Notes: generated by a model not told the origin, from the letters alone. Positions 9,659-19,710 are shown, counted from the stretch's first letter. The stretch: DNA of 64,000 nt from an uncultured Gammaproteobacteria bacterium (GCA_964612595.1 CAZTFB010000001.1:259058-323057), one strand, 5' to 3'. Numbers and translations: made by a program.

Positions 9659-11047
9659 TTATGTGTAATTAGTAATAAATGATGAAATGTACGTTTCCAG
9701 TGTAGCAACTTTTACACGATCTTGCACCATGGTATCTCTGTTGCGTACAGTAACCGCATCATCGTCGAGTGATTCGTAGTCGATGGTTATACAAAGTGGT
9801 GTACCTATTTCATCCTGAGATAAATATCGCTTACCAATATTGCCCCGATCATCCCATGCAACATGGAGTCCTGATGCCTTAAGCGCGTTAAATACAGATC
9901 GGGCTTTTGTCGTAAGTTCTTCTTTGTTGCGGACGAGTGGAAAAACCGCGGCTTTATAGGGTGCAATCTTTGGGTGAAGTTTAAGATAGGTTCGTTTTTC
10001 ATCTTGGCGATACGCATCACATATCGCGACGAGCAAAAGTCTGTTTAACCCTATTGAATATTCCGCGACATGTGGGATAAATGACTCGCCTGTTTCATCA
10101 TCTCTATATGAAAGATCTTGGCCGGAGAATTCACTGTGTCGCTTTAAATCCCAATCTCCTCGATAGTGAATTCCCTGGAATTCCTTCCATCCAAAAGGAA
10201 ATTCATATTCGAGATCAGTCGCAACTTTGTTGTAGTGTGCACGCTCCTTAAATTCTTGATCTCTAAATCGAAGCTTTGTTTCTGAAATACCAATACTCTT
10301 CAACCATGCCATACTTTCTTCCTTGAGGTCTTCGTACTTTTGCATTGCTTCGTTTTCTCTTAGGAAAACCTCGAGCTCCATCTGTTCGAATTCGCGTGTT
10401 CTAAAAATATATGGACCAACTTTGATTTCATTGCGGAATGCTTTTCCGATTTGGGCAATACCAAAAGGAAGCTTTAAACGCATGCTGTCTTTCACAAGTT
10501 TGAAGTTATAAAAGATTGGCTGACATGTTTCTCCACGAAGATATGCAGTGGTTTTTTGGTCTGCGATTGTCCCTACCTGTGCTTCGACGAGAATGTTAAA
10601 GCGTTTAGCATCTGATAATTTGTTTCCTTCAGGACTAAGTATATTTTTATTAATAATGATGTCGTTAATTTCTTCTGGCGACATGCCATCAGTTTTGTCT
10701 CCAGTTGCCTCCTCGATAAGATGATCTGCTCTGTAGCGTTTATGGGTTATGGTATCTTCAACCATAACGTCATTGAATGATTCAGTATGACCACTTGCTT
10801 CCCAGACCCGTGGGTGTGAAATAAGAGCGCCATCAAGTCCTACAGTATTTTCGGCTAAATGCACAAACTGCTGCCACCATGAAGTACGAATATTGCGGAG
10901 CATTTCGGCGCCTAAAGGCCCAAAGTCATACGCCGCTTCCCATCCACCATAAATTTCAGACGAAGGAAACACAAAGCCTCGATTTTTTAACAAAGAGACA
11001 ATCGTTTCGATCGTTGGTTGGTTTTGACTATTGTTTGTATCGGACAT
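9659..11047 (-). CDS. glyQS: Glycine--tRNA ligase (dimeric class II GlyRS). The preferred start is ATG at 11047; the ORF track extends to a TTG at 11077.
   Basis: Motifs IVSLLKNRGFVFPSSEIYGG, FRNEI and FEQMELEVF. TATAAT lies at 11067-11062 on the minus strand, 14 nt upstream of ATG 11047. Confidence 0.9.
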   Translation of the reverse strand: MSDTNNSQNQPTIETIVSLLKNRGFVFPSSEIYGGWEAAYDFGPLGAEMLRNIRTSWWQQFVHLAENTVGLDGALISHPRVWEASGHTESFNDVMVEDTITHKRYRADHLIEEATGDKTDGMSPEEINDIIINKNILSPEGNKLSDAKRFNILVEAQVGTIADQKTTAYLRGETCQPIFYNFKLVKDSMRLKLPFGIAQIGKAFRNEIKVGPYIFRTREFEQMELEVFLRENEAMQKYEDLKEESMAWLKSIGISETKLRFRDQEFKERAHYNKVATDLEYEFPFGWKEFQGIHYRGDWDLKRHSEFSGQDLSYRDDETGESFIPHVAEYSIGLNRLLLVAICDAYRQDEKRTYLKLHPKIAPYKAAVFPLVRNKEELTTKARSVFNALKASGLHVAWDDRGNIGKRYLSQDEIGTPLCITIDYESLDDDAVTVRNRDTMVQDRVKVATLETYISSFITNYT

Positions 11048-11073
11048 ATATGTAGGAGAAATTATAGCAGATC

Positions 11074-11265
11074 TCAAGCACGCCGAAGGTGCTCCGGCAA
11101 GGGCCTGTAGCCCAGTGAGAATGCATTCGCACTTGCTGTTGCGCGAAAAAAACAGTTATTGCCGTTAACAATAAGCTCTCCGAGCGAGATACCGCTCGCA
11201 TCGAAGAGCTCGACGGTAAATACGACGTCATGCTGATGCACGACGAAGTATTTTGCGTTCTCCAT
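11074..11265 (-). CDS. Small GC-rich ORF B (63 aa), hypothetical
   Basis: MENAKYFVVHQHDVVFTVELFDASG. GGAGG (11275-11271) lies 5 nt upstream of ATG 11265. The 106-aa long form in the track would read through a terminator hairpin. Confidence 0.45.
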   Translation of the reverse strand: MENAKYFVVHQHDVVFTVELFDASGISLGELIVNGNNCFFRATASANAFSLGYRPLPEHLRRA

Positions 11266-11306
11266 TGAGACCTCCAGCAGCTTGTGTTGTTCGAAATGCC
11301 CGTGAC

Positions 11307-11315
11307 ATTTTATCA
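11307..11315 (-). promoter_or_regulatory. Extended -10 promoter for ORF B
   Basis: The minus strand reads TGaTAAAAT, about 35 nt upstream of the ORF B start. Confidence 0.4.
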
Positions 11316-11340
11316 CATAGGTTGTTGTGAAGAGAAATAG

Positions 11341-11370
11341 GGCCTGCCGGTGAGCGTAGAACGGCAGGCC
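11341..11370 (-). terminator. GC-rich hairpin terminator after ORF A
   Basis: GGCCTGCCG (11341-11349) pairs with CGGCAGGCC (11362-11370) around a 12-nt loop. On the minus strand it is followed by CTATTTCTCTTC. Confidence 0.55.
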
Positions 11371-11403
11371 TTGTAGTTGGAAAAGAACGACCAAAGGCCA
11401 GTT

Positions 11404-11592
11404 CTACCCCCTTAAACGCTTGGGAAGCTTCACGAGTCCTGCACCTCTGGCAGCATACACCGCAGGCCAGAACCCAGCATGCCTCTTTGCGCCATTTGCA
11501 GCAGGCAGATCGTAGAGATACCTTAGTTTCTTGGTATAAACCTCCACGACGTATCCATTTCCTTCGGGGTAAATCTTGGAATAATACCCCAT
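11404..11592 (-). CDS. Small GC-rich ORF A (62 aa), hypothetical
   Basis: MGYYSKIYPEGNGYVVEVYTKK. GGGAG (11604-11600) lies 7 nt upstream of ATG 11592. The track's 77-aa form starts upstream of the SD. Confidence 0.5.
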   Translation of the reverse strand: MGYYSKIYPEGNGYVVEVYTKKLRYLYDLPAANGAKRHAGFWPAVYAARGAGLVKLPKRLRG

Positions 11593-11622
11593 TCGTTCAC
11601 TCCCTTTCTCACGCTCGACGAC

Positions 11623-11631
11623 AGTATAGCA
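11623..11631 (-). promoter_or_regulatory. Extended -10 promoter for ORF A
   Basis: The minus strand reads TGcTATACT, about 30 nt upstream of ATG 11592. Confidence 0.4.
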
Positions 11632-11651
11632 CAGCACGAATTAAAGCCGTG

Positions 11652-11657
11652 TATAAT
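11652..11657 (+). promoter_or_regulatory. -10 box placed for a leaderless transcript of the glycan operon
   Basis: TATAAT at 11652-11657 is followed by exactly 6 nt and then ATG at 11664. Confidence 0.45.
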
Positions 11658-11663
11658 TCTCAT

Positions 11664-12548
11664 ATGACGGATCTCTCAATTATTATTCTTTCCTACAACA
11701 CTGCAGACATAACTGTGCAATGCGTACGATCAGTACTCGATTCGTTAGACCATGAAAAAAGAATGAGTGCAGAGGTGCTAGTCTGGGACAATAACTCGAG
11801 AGATAAAACCGTGGAAATGTTGAAAAAAATTAAAGATCCACGCGTCCGCATCATTGCTCATAAAGATAATCTTGGCTACACAGGTGGGAACAATGAGGCT
11901 GCGCGTAGTGCAAAAGGTGAGACCCTACTCTTCCTCAATTCAGATACCATAGCTCTCGAAGATGCTGTTCCAAAGCTATATACTTTTTTTACCCATCAAA
12001 ACAACTTCGATTTTGTAGGTGCTCGCCTTATCAACAAAGATACCTCTCCCCAAGCTTCAGCAGGAAGATTCTACACACCCCTAATAGCATTTGCCGCATT
12101 GTTTCTTAAAGGTGATAGTTGGGGTGCGAGCAGATGGCCGGTGAGAAAAGTGCGAAAAGTTGATTGGGTATCGGGTGCCGCATTTATCACAAAGTCCTCA
12201 AGCTTTTCAGCCCTAGGTGGCTTTGATGAATCAATATTTATGTATTGGGATGAAATTGATCTTATGTACCGGGCTTCTAAGAAAAAAATGTCTGTGGGCG
12301 TATATCCTGACGCAACGTTTATTCACTTAGAAGGTGCTTCAAATCAGTCACGAACACAGCCAATTTTAAGAGTTTTCCAAGGGTATTTATTCTTTTACAA
12401 GAAACATTATTCCCCCTTGCAACAGATTCTGATTACCTATATGCTACAATTAAAGTCGTCTATTGCCTTGGCAATCGGCATAGTATCGGGAAATCCATAC
12501 TTAATAGAAACATACAAGCAGGCATATGAAATTACTAAAAAAAATTGA
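11664..12548 (+). CDS. GT2 family glycosyltransferase. The start is moved to ATG 11664; the track ORF begins at 11487 inside the antisense GC island.
   Basis: MTDLSIIILSYNTADIT, then DNNSRDKT, then LNSDT, which is the GT-A DxD architecture. Confidence 0.8.
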   Translation: MTDLSIIILSYNTADITVQCVRSVLDSLDHEKRMSAEVLVWDNNSRDKTVEMLKKIKDPRVRIIAHKDNLGYTGGNNEAARSAKGETLLFLNSDTIALEDAVPKLYTFFTHQNNFDFVGARLINKDTSPQASAGRFYTPLIAFAALFLKGDSWGASRWPVRKVRKVDWVSGAAFITKSSSFSALGGFDESIFMYWDEIDLMYRASKKKMSVGVYPDATFIHLEGASNQSRTQPILRVFQGYLFFYKKHYSPLQQILITYMLQLKSSIALAIGIVSGNPYLIETYKQAYEITKKN

Positions 12549-14208
12549 CGACAACCTCCTCAGCATTATGCTGATGGTGTTTGTATTCTTTATTCCACTC
12601 TTTCCAAAATTTCCCTTTCGCGTTGTTAACTACACATATATAGCGATCCGTTTTGACGATATGTTGAGCGCACTTTTAGCAATAATTTTTGTTGTCCAAT
12701 TATTGAGAAAGAAAATTTCATTCAATAAGCTCCCTTATAAAAAGCTCTTCGCGGGTTTTTGGGTTGCTGTATTTATATCCTATGCAATGGGTATGTACGT
12801 CACAAAAACTATTGAGTTTCCATTTGTCGGACTCTTACATGCTGCTCGTCGCGTCGAATACATGATGCTCTTTTTTATAGCATTTTCTGTAATAAAAACT
12901 GCAGCAGACTATAGAAAACTCCTTTTCTCCTTTTTAACATCCTTATTCCTCATTAATGTGTATGGTATTGGTCAGCGGTTCTTTGAATTTCCAGCCATAT
13001 CTACTATGAATCCTGAATTCGCAAAAGGACGCATTCTTTTTCTCACACCTGAAGCACGACTGAGCTCTACATTTGCTGGTCACTATGACTTGGCAGCGTA
13101 TCTTGTTCTTATGCTCCCCTTGCTCTGGGCTCTATTCATGTATGCAAAAAGAATCCAATTGACTCAAAAAATGAAGGTTTTCATTTTCTCAATATCCCTT
13201 TTTCCTATACTTCTTGCTTCATATACACTCTCGGGAATCTCTGCTGAAACAATTAACCATGTCTCGATTGCGGGAACCTTTCTATCTCCTCTAAATCAAA
13301 TGGTGATTGGAACGTTCATGTTTGCAACAACACTATATCTGGTTCTGTTTAACAAATTAAGCAAAACATTAATTTTCACGATCATAGTTGTTTCTACATT
13401 ATCATTAATTCTTACTGCATCAAGAACGTCGTCAATTGCATATCTCGCATCTACCCTCCCATTCCTTCTCTATATTAGAAAAATCCGTTACTTTATCATT
13501 GCTCTTGTGCTTTCTGTTGTCCTCTCTACTATGGATAAAGAACTCGCACTACGATGGACAAAAACTATACAAATTAGGCAAGTTATCGTTAATGAAAAGA
13601 CAGGCGAAGAAGTTGTTGTTCAAAAATTAAAAAAAGATCCACTTCCAGCAGGAAGCGCATTTATCAAAACACGCAATACGCTTCCTGTCACATTAGAAAC
13701 ACAACTGACGAAGAGAGACCTTCTTGCGAGAGCTACATTAAGCGGACAACTTAACTCATCAGGAAGCGCTATGACAGAAGAGGATTACACCGTCATATCT
13801 GCAGTGGCTGCAGATACATCTATATCTACTCGCCTTCAGGTTAGTTGGCCACGAGCGGTGAAAGCATTTATGCGAAATCCATTGTTTGGCAGTGGCCCTT
13901 CGTCGATTTCTGAGTCTTCAGATGGCGACTACTTTAGGTGGATTGGGGAGACAGGAGCAATCGGCACACTACTTTTTATGGGCATTATGTTCACTATACT
14001 CAAAGGCGTTTATGCAGCCCGCAATAAAGTCTCAGAAGAAGGAAGATATTTAATACTCGGTTTATTGTTTGGTACTTTTGGCCTCCTTATTAATGCATTA
14101 CTCATAGACGTATTTGAAGCTTCAAAAGTTGCGTATCTCTTTTGGACACTCCTTGGAATATTCTCTGGAATGGCAGTGCTTGGTGATAAAGAAATTAAAA
14201 AGGTTTAA
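12526..14208 (+). CDS. O-antigen ligase/polymerase-like (Wzy_C family) polytopic membrane protein
   Basis: 560 aa with more than 10 TM segments, a TASRTSSIAYL motif and a large extracytoplasmic loop. Confidence 0.65.
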   Translation: MKLLKKIDDNLLSIMLMVFVFFIPLFPKFPFRVVNYTYIAIRFDDMLSALLAIIFVVQLLRKKISFNKLPYKKLFAGFWVAVFISYAMGMYVTKTIEFPFVGLLHAARRVEYMMLFFIAFSVIKTAADYRKLLFSFLTSLFLINVYGIGQRFFEFPAISTMNPEFAKGRILFLTPEARLSSTFAGHYDLAAYLVLMLPLLWALFMYAKRIQLTQKMKVFIFSISLFPILLASYTLSGISAETINHVSIAGTFLSPLNQMVIGTFMFATTLYLVLFNKLSKTLIFTIIVVSTLSLILTASRTSSIAYLASTLPFLLYIRKIRYFIIALVLSVVLSTMDKELALRWTKTIQIRQVIVNEKTGEEVVVQKLKKDPLPAGSAFIKTRNTLPVTLETQLTKRDLLARATLSGQLNSSGSAMTEEDYTVISAVAADTSISTRLQVSWPRAVKAFMRNPLFGSGPSSISESSDGDYFRWIGETGAIGTLLFMGIMFTILKGVYAARNKVSEEGRYLILGLLFGTFGLLINALLIDVFEASKVAYLFWTLLGIFSGMAVLGDKEIKKV

Positions 14209-14210
14209 CT

Positions 14211-15656
14211 ATGGAACGTTTCAAGAAACTTGATGTAATATTTCTAACGTTTATACTAATTATTGCGCTTGGATTACGTCTATATAAGATCGACATTCCA
14301 CTCGCAGATTGGCACTCATGGAGACAAGTAGATACTGCTGCCGTTGCACGAAACTTTGCACAAGGTGAATTCAATCTATTGTACCCTCGCTACGATGATC
14401 TCTCAAATATTCAATCAGGACAATATAATCCTGAAGGGTATAGGTTTGTTGAATTCCCTCTCTATAACGCTATGTTTGGCGCACTCTATAAATACCTGCC
14501 GCTGATGGCTGTAGAAATCTATGGAAGACTTGTATCTGTGTTCTTCTCGCTCATTATTATCGCTATTCTATATTATATTGCGTTGCGCGAACATAGTCGT
14601 ATTGCAGCCTTTGGGTCGGCATTTATTTTTGCAACTTTTCCTTTTTTTGTCTATTACTCACGCGCAGTTTTGCCAGAAACAACAGCAGTCGGCTTCTCAT
14701 TCCTTGGCATATTTTTCGCATATCTCTGGGCGCGTTCTAAGCATAAGGCTGCGCCGCTCCTTTTAGTAATCTCTTGCATATGTGCGGCGCTATCTATTCT
14801 CATAAAACCAACAGTAATTTTTTACTTTTTACCCATAGCATACACTTTCTTCATCAAATACAGATTCCGTATGGTCAAAAAAATTGCACCATATTTATAT
14901 TTTATTGCAGCCATAGTGCCCTTCATACTTTGGCGTACATGGATAGGAAATTTTCCTGAAGGCATTCCTGGATTTGAATGGCTTATCACATCAGTAAACA
15001 CGTATGAGGGACAGAAAGTTATCTTTTTTCGACCCGCCTTTTTCCGATGGATTTTTCATGAACGAATCTTATTACTAATAATGGGCGGATTTGCAGTAAT
15101 CTTCCCAGTATTGGGTATGCTTGAAAAATCAAAAAAAACACTTCTTCCTCCTTTTATTATGACTGCTGCGATGATATATCTTTTTACCTTTCAGGGAGGT
15201 AATGTACAGCACGACTACTATCAAACCATTATTCTACCCGCTTTGGCATTAATGGGTGGCATTGGTATCGCACGCATGTTCTCAAAACAATCACACGACC
15301 AAGCAATGATAATCAATTTATTTGCTGTCGTTATCCTCATCGGATTTTCTTGGGTTATGTCCTACTACAAAATCCGTGATTACTATTTGTACAGTGAGGA
15401 CCTCGTTAATATTGGAAAAATAATAAACACATTAACACCGCCAAACGCAAAAGTTATTACCGACCGTAATGGCGACACAACTCTTTTGTATCTTGCGAAT
15501 CGAAAGGGAATGCCTGCTGTTGCTGATACTTTAGAAAACCTCAAAGGACGTGGTATGGAGTATTTTTATACAGATAAAGCTGATGTAGCTAAAGAAGTCC
15601 GTGAGATATATACACCCGTGTTTGAGAATAGTCATGTATTCATTTTCAAACTGTAA
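14211..15656 (+). CDS. GT-C fold glycosyltransferase (GT39/GT83, ArnT/PMT-like)
   Basis: 481 aa and polytopic. The N-terminal RLYKIDIPLADWHSWRQVDTAAVARNF is typical of the family. Confidence 0.7.
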   Translation: MERFKKLDVIFLTFILIIALGLRLYKIDIPLADWHSWRQVDTAAVARNFAQGEFNLLYPRYDDLSNIQSGQYNPEGYRFVEFPLYNAMFGALYKYLPLMAVEIYGRLVSVFFSLIIIAILYYIALREHSRIAAFGSAFIFATFPFFVYYSRAVLPETTAVGFSFLGIFFAYLWARSKHKAAPLLLVISCICAALSILIKPTVIFYFLPIAYTFFIKYRFRMVKKIAPYLYFIAAIVPFILWRTWIGNFPEGIPGFEWLITSVNTYEGQKVIFFRPAFFRWIFHERILLLIMGGFAVIFPVLGMLEKSKKTLLPPFIMTAAMIYLFTFQGGNVQHDYYQTIILPALALMGGIGIARMFSKQSHDQAMIINLFAVVILIGFSWVMSYYKIRDYYLYSEDLVNIGKIINTLTPPNAKVITDRNGDTTLLYLANRKGMPAVADTLENLKGRGMEYFYTDKADVAKEVREIYTPVFENSHVFIFKL

Positions 15657-15658
15657 TA

Positions 15659-16870
15659 ATGAAAATATTGATGCTGACGCCTTACCTCCCTTACCCTCCA
15701 TCATCTGGTGGTCAAGTCCGCTCATATAATCTTATTAAGCATCTTAGTAGGAAACACGATATTTATCTTGTAGCGCTTATAAAGTCCAAAGACGAGGAGA
15801 CTTATAAAAAAAACCTCATGCCTTATTGTAAAGAGATTCATTTGTGTAAACGATCAGAGTCTCCATGGACTTTTCGCAATATATTCACCAGTGTTTTCGG
15901 ACAATATCCTTTTCTTGTTGTGCGCAACTACTCAGAAGAAGCACGCATGGTGGTGACCAATCTGTTGAAGGATCATAAATTTGATCTCATACATGCAGAA
16001 ACGTTTTATATTATGCCGCATATTCCCTCAACAAACGTTCCAATCTTATTGGTGGAACAAACTATTGAGTATCGCGTATATCAACATTTTGTGAAAAATT
16101 TGAAATTCATTCCTGCACGACCTTTCTTCTATTTTGATATTTTGAAGCTCAGATATTGGGAGAAAACGTTCTGGAAAAGAGCAGATCTTGTAGGTGCTGT
16201 ATCAGAAGATGATGAAGAAAAAATGCATGAACTTTCAAAAGGCTTACCAACAACCATTATCCCAAATGCCGCTGGAGAAGATCTTCTAAAAATTTATGAC
16301 GAAAATAAAGATAGTTCTGGGAAACCAATATTTCTTTACCAAGGAAATTTTTCGTGGCTACAAAATATTGAGGCAGCAAACTATCTTGTCACAACTATTT
16401 TCCCTGCTATACGTGAGAAAATCCCAGAAGCAACATGCGTAATTGCTGGTCAACGGGCGCTTGAAAAACTAGGAAATATTAATGAACATGGCGTTAAAAT
16501 AGTTGATATTGGATCAGCTAACCCTGATGAAGTGGTAAAAGTTTATGATAAAGCAACAATTTTCTTGGCGCCAATTCATGGACCAGGTGGTACACGATTA
16601 AAGATTCTTGGCGCGATGGCAGCGGGATTGCCGGTGATTTCATCTCCAACGGGAGTTAGCGGCTTGGGTGCATCACAAAATAAAAATGTCATAATTGCCC
16701 AAACTACAGAAGATTTTGTCAAAGCTGCAGAATCGTTGTATAAAGATGAAAAACTGTACAGTACGATTCGAAGAAATGCCCGCGCGCTCATCGAAGAAAA
16801 ATACAGTTGGGACACCGTATCACAAAAACTTGAGAAGATGTATCATAAACTTGTTACATCACATTCATAA
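15659..16870 (+). CDS. GT4 family glycosyltransferase
   Basis: 403 aa with MKILMLTPYLPYPPSSGGQVRSYNL and a C-terminal GGTRLKILGAMAAGLPVISS. Confidence 0.8.
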   Translation: MKILMLTPYLPYPPSSGGQVRSYNLIKHLSRKHDIYLVALIKSKDEETYKKNLMPYCKEIHLCKRSESPWTFRNIFTSVFGQYPFLVVRNYSEEARMVVTNLLKDHKFDLIHAETFYIMPHIPSTNVPILLVEQTIEYRVYQHFVKNLKFIPARPFFYFDILKLRYWEKTFWKRADLVGAVSEDDEEKMHELSKGLPTTIIPNAAGEDLLKIYDENKDSSGKPIFLYQGNFSWLQNIEAANYLVTTIFPAIREKIPEATCVIAGQRALEKLGNINEHGVKIVDIGSANPDEVVKVYDKATIFLAPIHGPGGTRLKILGAMAAGLPVISSPTGVSGLGASQNKNVIIAQTTEDFVKAAESLYKDEKLYSTIRRNARALIEEKYSWDTVSQKLEKMYHKLVTSHS

Positions 16871-16874
16871 TTCT

Positions 16875-18023
16875 ATGAACATAGGTATAGATATCTCTCA
16901 GACTGCCTTTAGGGGCACTGGCGTCGCACGATACACAGCTTCTTTAGTTCGTGCAGTAACAATGTATGACAAAAATAACAAATATATATTTTTTTACTCT
17001 TCTCTAAGAACACCACTTGATGCAAAGTTGAGAGACATTATTTACGAACATGGTCATACAGTCAAAGAATTTCATATACCACCGACACTACTCTCACTCC
17101 TTTGGAATAGAATGAGAATTATGTCTATAGAGAATTTCATTGGTGATGTAGATATTTTTATGACATCTGATTGGACCGAACCACCAGCGAAACGCGCTTT
17201 GAAGGTATCGACACTGCACGATATGATCATTTATAAATACCCAGAAACATCACAATCATCAACGATGTTTAATGTTCGTCAAATAACAATATCTCCAAAC
17301 ATTGTTGCTCAACAAAAACAACGACATGCATTACTTAAAAAAGAATCACATGGATTATTCGTGGATTCAAAACATACTAAAAAAGATGCTATTGAACATC
17401 TCAATATTGATAAAGATCGTTTACATCTGCTTTATCCTGCAGTTGAGATAGTTTCAGAAGGGACTTCATGGAAATTAATAAAAGAAAAGTATGATATCTC
17501 AAAACCCTACATTTTAACTGTTGGAAAACTTGAACCGCGAAAGAATATTTCAGCGCTTATCTCTGCATTTACTTCTTCAGCTCTCGCAGATACGGATCTT
17601 TACATTGTCGGTGATAAAGGATGGGGGTCTGATCCTAAAAAGCACGTTCCTGGTGTTCGATTTCTTAATTATGTAGCAGATGAAGATCTCGCAACGTTAT
17701 ATAAACATGCAGAATTCTTTGTATTCCCATCGCTATATGAAGGATTTGGCTACCCTGTCATTGAAGCAATGGGCTATGGTTGTCCTGTTGCATGCTCACA
17801 CTCCTCCTCTCTACATGAGATTGGTGAAAACGCTGCACTTTTATTCAATCCTCATGACATTAATGACCTAATTAAGACTCTCAAGCGCATGCATGAAGAT
17901 ACTTCTTTGCGATCCACACTGTCTGCCAAAGGTTATGAGCGCTACAAAAGCTTCTCTCTCGAGTATTTTGCTCGAAATTTTGTTAAAATAGTACAAGAAA
18001 TATATAATGATAATAGGCGTTGA
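16875..18023 (+). CDS. GT4 family glycosyltransferase. The start is moved to ATG 16875.
   Basis: MNIGIDISQTAFRGTGVARYT, then FPSLYEGFGYPVIEAMGYGCPV. The upstream part of the track ORF overlaps the previous gene. Confidence 0.8.
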   Translation: MNIGIDISQTAFRGTGVARYTASLVRAVTMYDKNNKYIFFYSSLRTPLDAKLRDIIYEHGHTVKEFHIPPTLLSLLWNRMRIMSIENFIGDVDIFMTSDWTEPPAKRALKVSTLHDMIIYKYPETSQSSTMFNVRQITISPNIVAQQKQRHALLKKESHGLFVDSKHTKKDAIEHLNIDKDRLHLLYPAVEIVSEGTSWKLIKEKYDISKPYILTVGKLEPRKNISALISAFTSSALADTDLYIVGDKGWGSDPKKHVPGVRFLNYVADEDLATLYKHAEFFVFPSLYEGFGYPVIEAMGYGCPVACSHSSSLHEIGENAALLFNPHDINDLIKTLKRMHEDTSLRSTLSAKGYERYKSFSLEYFARNFVKIVQEIYNDNRR

Positions 18024-19113
18024 CGGCAATGAGGCAAATGTAAAGGAGAAGGTTGGTGTTTCGGTGTATACGCTCGAAATGATACGTTATTTCCATCAAA
18101 AAGCTTCACAGTCACAACAGTTTATTATCTATCTTCGTGAAAAACCCTTACCCGATCTACCAAAAGAGATACCGTACTTTACCTATGAAATAGTTAAGGG
18201 CAGCCACGCGTGGCGTGATATTGTATTCCCCCTTCATCTCTATCTTAAACCAAAAATCGACATCCTTTTTTGTCCTGCACACTATACTCCTCGCTTTTCC
18301 CCAGTACCCACAGTTGTCACTATCCACGACACCTCATATCTTTATTTTAAAGATGAGTTCCTTAAGAAGGATCTATATAAATTGACGTCGTGGTCTAAAC
18401 ATGCTATCCAGACATCAGTTAACGTCATTACAGTGTCCGAATCTACGAAAAATGATGTGTTAAAGAATTATCACATTCCTGCAACAAAGTTAAAAGTAAT
18501 TCATAACGGATTTGATAAGTCTAAAGAAAGCTACAAGTCATCAGACGGCTCGTTTTCTCTACCGAAAAGCCCCTATCTTTTATATGTCGGAACTATCCAA
18601 CCTCGAAAAAACATAAAAACACTGATTACAGCCTTCAAATCATTCTATGCGGATAATCCGAAATTTAAGCTTGTTATTGTTGGAAAGATGGGTTGGCTTT
18701 TTGGTGATGTGTTTGAATATGTGCTTGAACAAGATCTTGAGGATCAAGTAGTTTTTACAGGCTATGTATCGAACAGTCAACTCGCAGCACTATATGCAAA
18801 GGCTGAATGTTTTATGTTCCCTTCTCTATATGAGGGCTTTGGCATTCCTCTCTTAGAGGCTATGCAGCACCGTTGTCCAGTAATCGCATCGAATGCCGCA
18901 AGTCTTCCAGAAGTCGGCGGAGATGCGGCATTGTACTTTGATCCGCATGACCCAAAGGATATTGAAAATAAAATGCGCCAGGTAATCGATAAGCCCGATA
19001 TTCGAAAAACGCTTGTGAAAAAAGGACTAAAAAGAGTACAATTATTTAGCTGGGAGAAAAGTGCAAAAGAAACGCTACAAACGATAATAGACGCATGTTC
19101 TCCTACACAATAA
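18007..19113 (+). CDS. GT4 family glycosyltransferase (tandem paralog of the previous gene)
   Basis: 368 aa with FPSLYEGFGIPLLEAMQHRCPVIAS. It overlaps the upstream gene by 17 nt. Confidence 0.8.
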   Translation: MIIGVDGNEANVKEKVGVSVYTLEMIRYFHQKASQSQQFIIYLREKPLPDLPKEIPYFTYEIVKGSHAWRDIVFPLHLYLKPKIDILFCPAHYTPRFSPVPTVVTIHDTSYLYFKDEFLKKDLYKLTSWSKHAIQTSVNVITVSESTKNDVLKNYHIPATKLKVIHNGFDKSKESYKSSDGSFSLPKSPYLLYVGTIQPRKNIKTLITAFKSFYADNPKFKLVIVGKMGWLFGDVFEYVLEQDLEDQVVFTGYVSNSQLAALYAKAECFMFPSLYEGFGIPLLEAMQHRCPVIASNAASLPEVGGDAALYFDPHDPKDIENKMRQVIDKPDIRKTLVKKGLKRVQLFSWEKSAKETLQTIIDACSPTQ

Positions 19114-19116
19114 TCC

Positions 19117-19710
19117 ATGAAAGATCGCACTGGTAAAAAACTTACATTATCTGAAATAGGATCGAAAGCAACTATTCGTGGTATCACAATCTTTAGTGAA
19201 CTTGGACTTTTTTTTATACATTCATTCAGCTATATCCCCTCACACACGGTAAGACGATTTCTCTATAAATGTTCAGGAATGCGTATCGGCAATGGCTCGA
19301 CTATTCATATGGGTGCTACTTTCCACAATCCAGGCAACATTTCAATTGGCGACGATACTATTGTCGGCGAAGGATCGCTTCTTGATGGGCGCAATAGTCT
19401 TACGATTGGCAATCATGTAGCTATTGCGAGTGAGGTCATGATTTACAATGCTGAACACGATATACATGACAAAGATTTCTCACCTCTTTTAGAACCTGTT
19501 GTTATTGAGGACTATGTGTTTATTGGACCTCGAGCAATTATTTTGCCCGGCATTACTGTTGGGAAGGGTGCAGTTGTAGCAGCAGGTGCTGTAGTTACAA
19601 AAAGTGTAGAACCCTATACAATCGTTGGTGGTGTTCCTGCAAAGGTAATTGGAAAAAGAAAGTCTACAGAACTCAACTACAAAATCGGAAGAGCGGCTCT
19701 ATTTCGATAA
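19117..19710 (+). CDS. Hexapeptide-repeat (left-handed beta-helix) O-acetyltransferase, WcaF/LacA-like
   Basis: 197 aa with repeated [LIV]G-x4 hexapeptides (IGDDTIVGEGSLL, IGNHVAIAS, VGKGAVVAAGAVV). Confidence 0.8.
   Translation: MKDRTGKKLTLSEIGSKATIRGITIFSELGLFFIHSFSYIPSHTVRRFLYKCSGMRIGNGSTIHMGATFHNPGNISIGDDTIVGEGSLLDGRNSLTIGNHVAIASEVMIYNAEHDIHDKDFSPLLEPVVIEDYVFIGPRAIILPGITVGKGAVVAAGAVVTKSVEPYTIVGGVPAKVIGKRKSTELNYKIGRAALFR

Noticed and set aside
11074-11637. The long forms of the island-1 ORFs as given in the track, 106 aa and 77 aa.
   Set aside because: The 106-aa form would translate through the GGCCTGCCG/CGGCAGGCC hairpin. The 77-aa form starts upstream of its own SD. The internal ATGs at 11265 and 11592 have well-spaced SD motifs.
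11487-11663. N-terminal extensions of the GT2 gene (track start 11487), the GT4 gene (track start 16695), the GT-C gene (track start 21120) and glyQS (TTG 11077).
   Set aside because: The extensions overlap neighbouring genes or the antisense island, have no family similarity, and downstream ATGs coincide with the conserved N-termini of the families. This is a start-codon artefact of longest-ORF calling.
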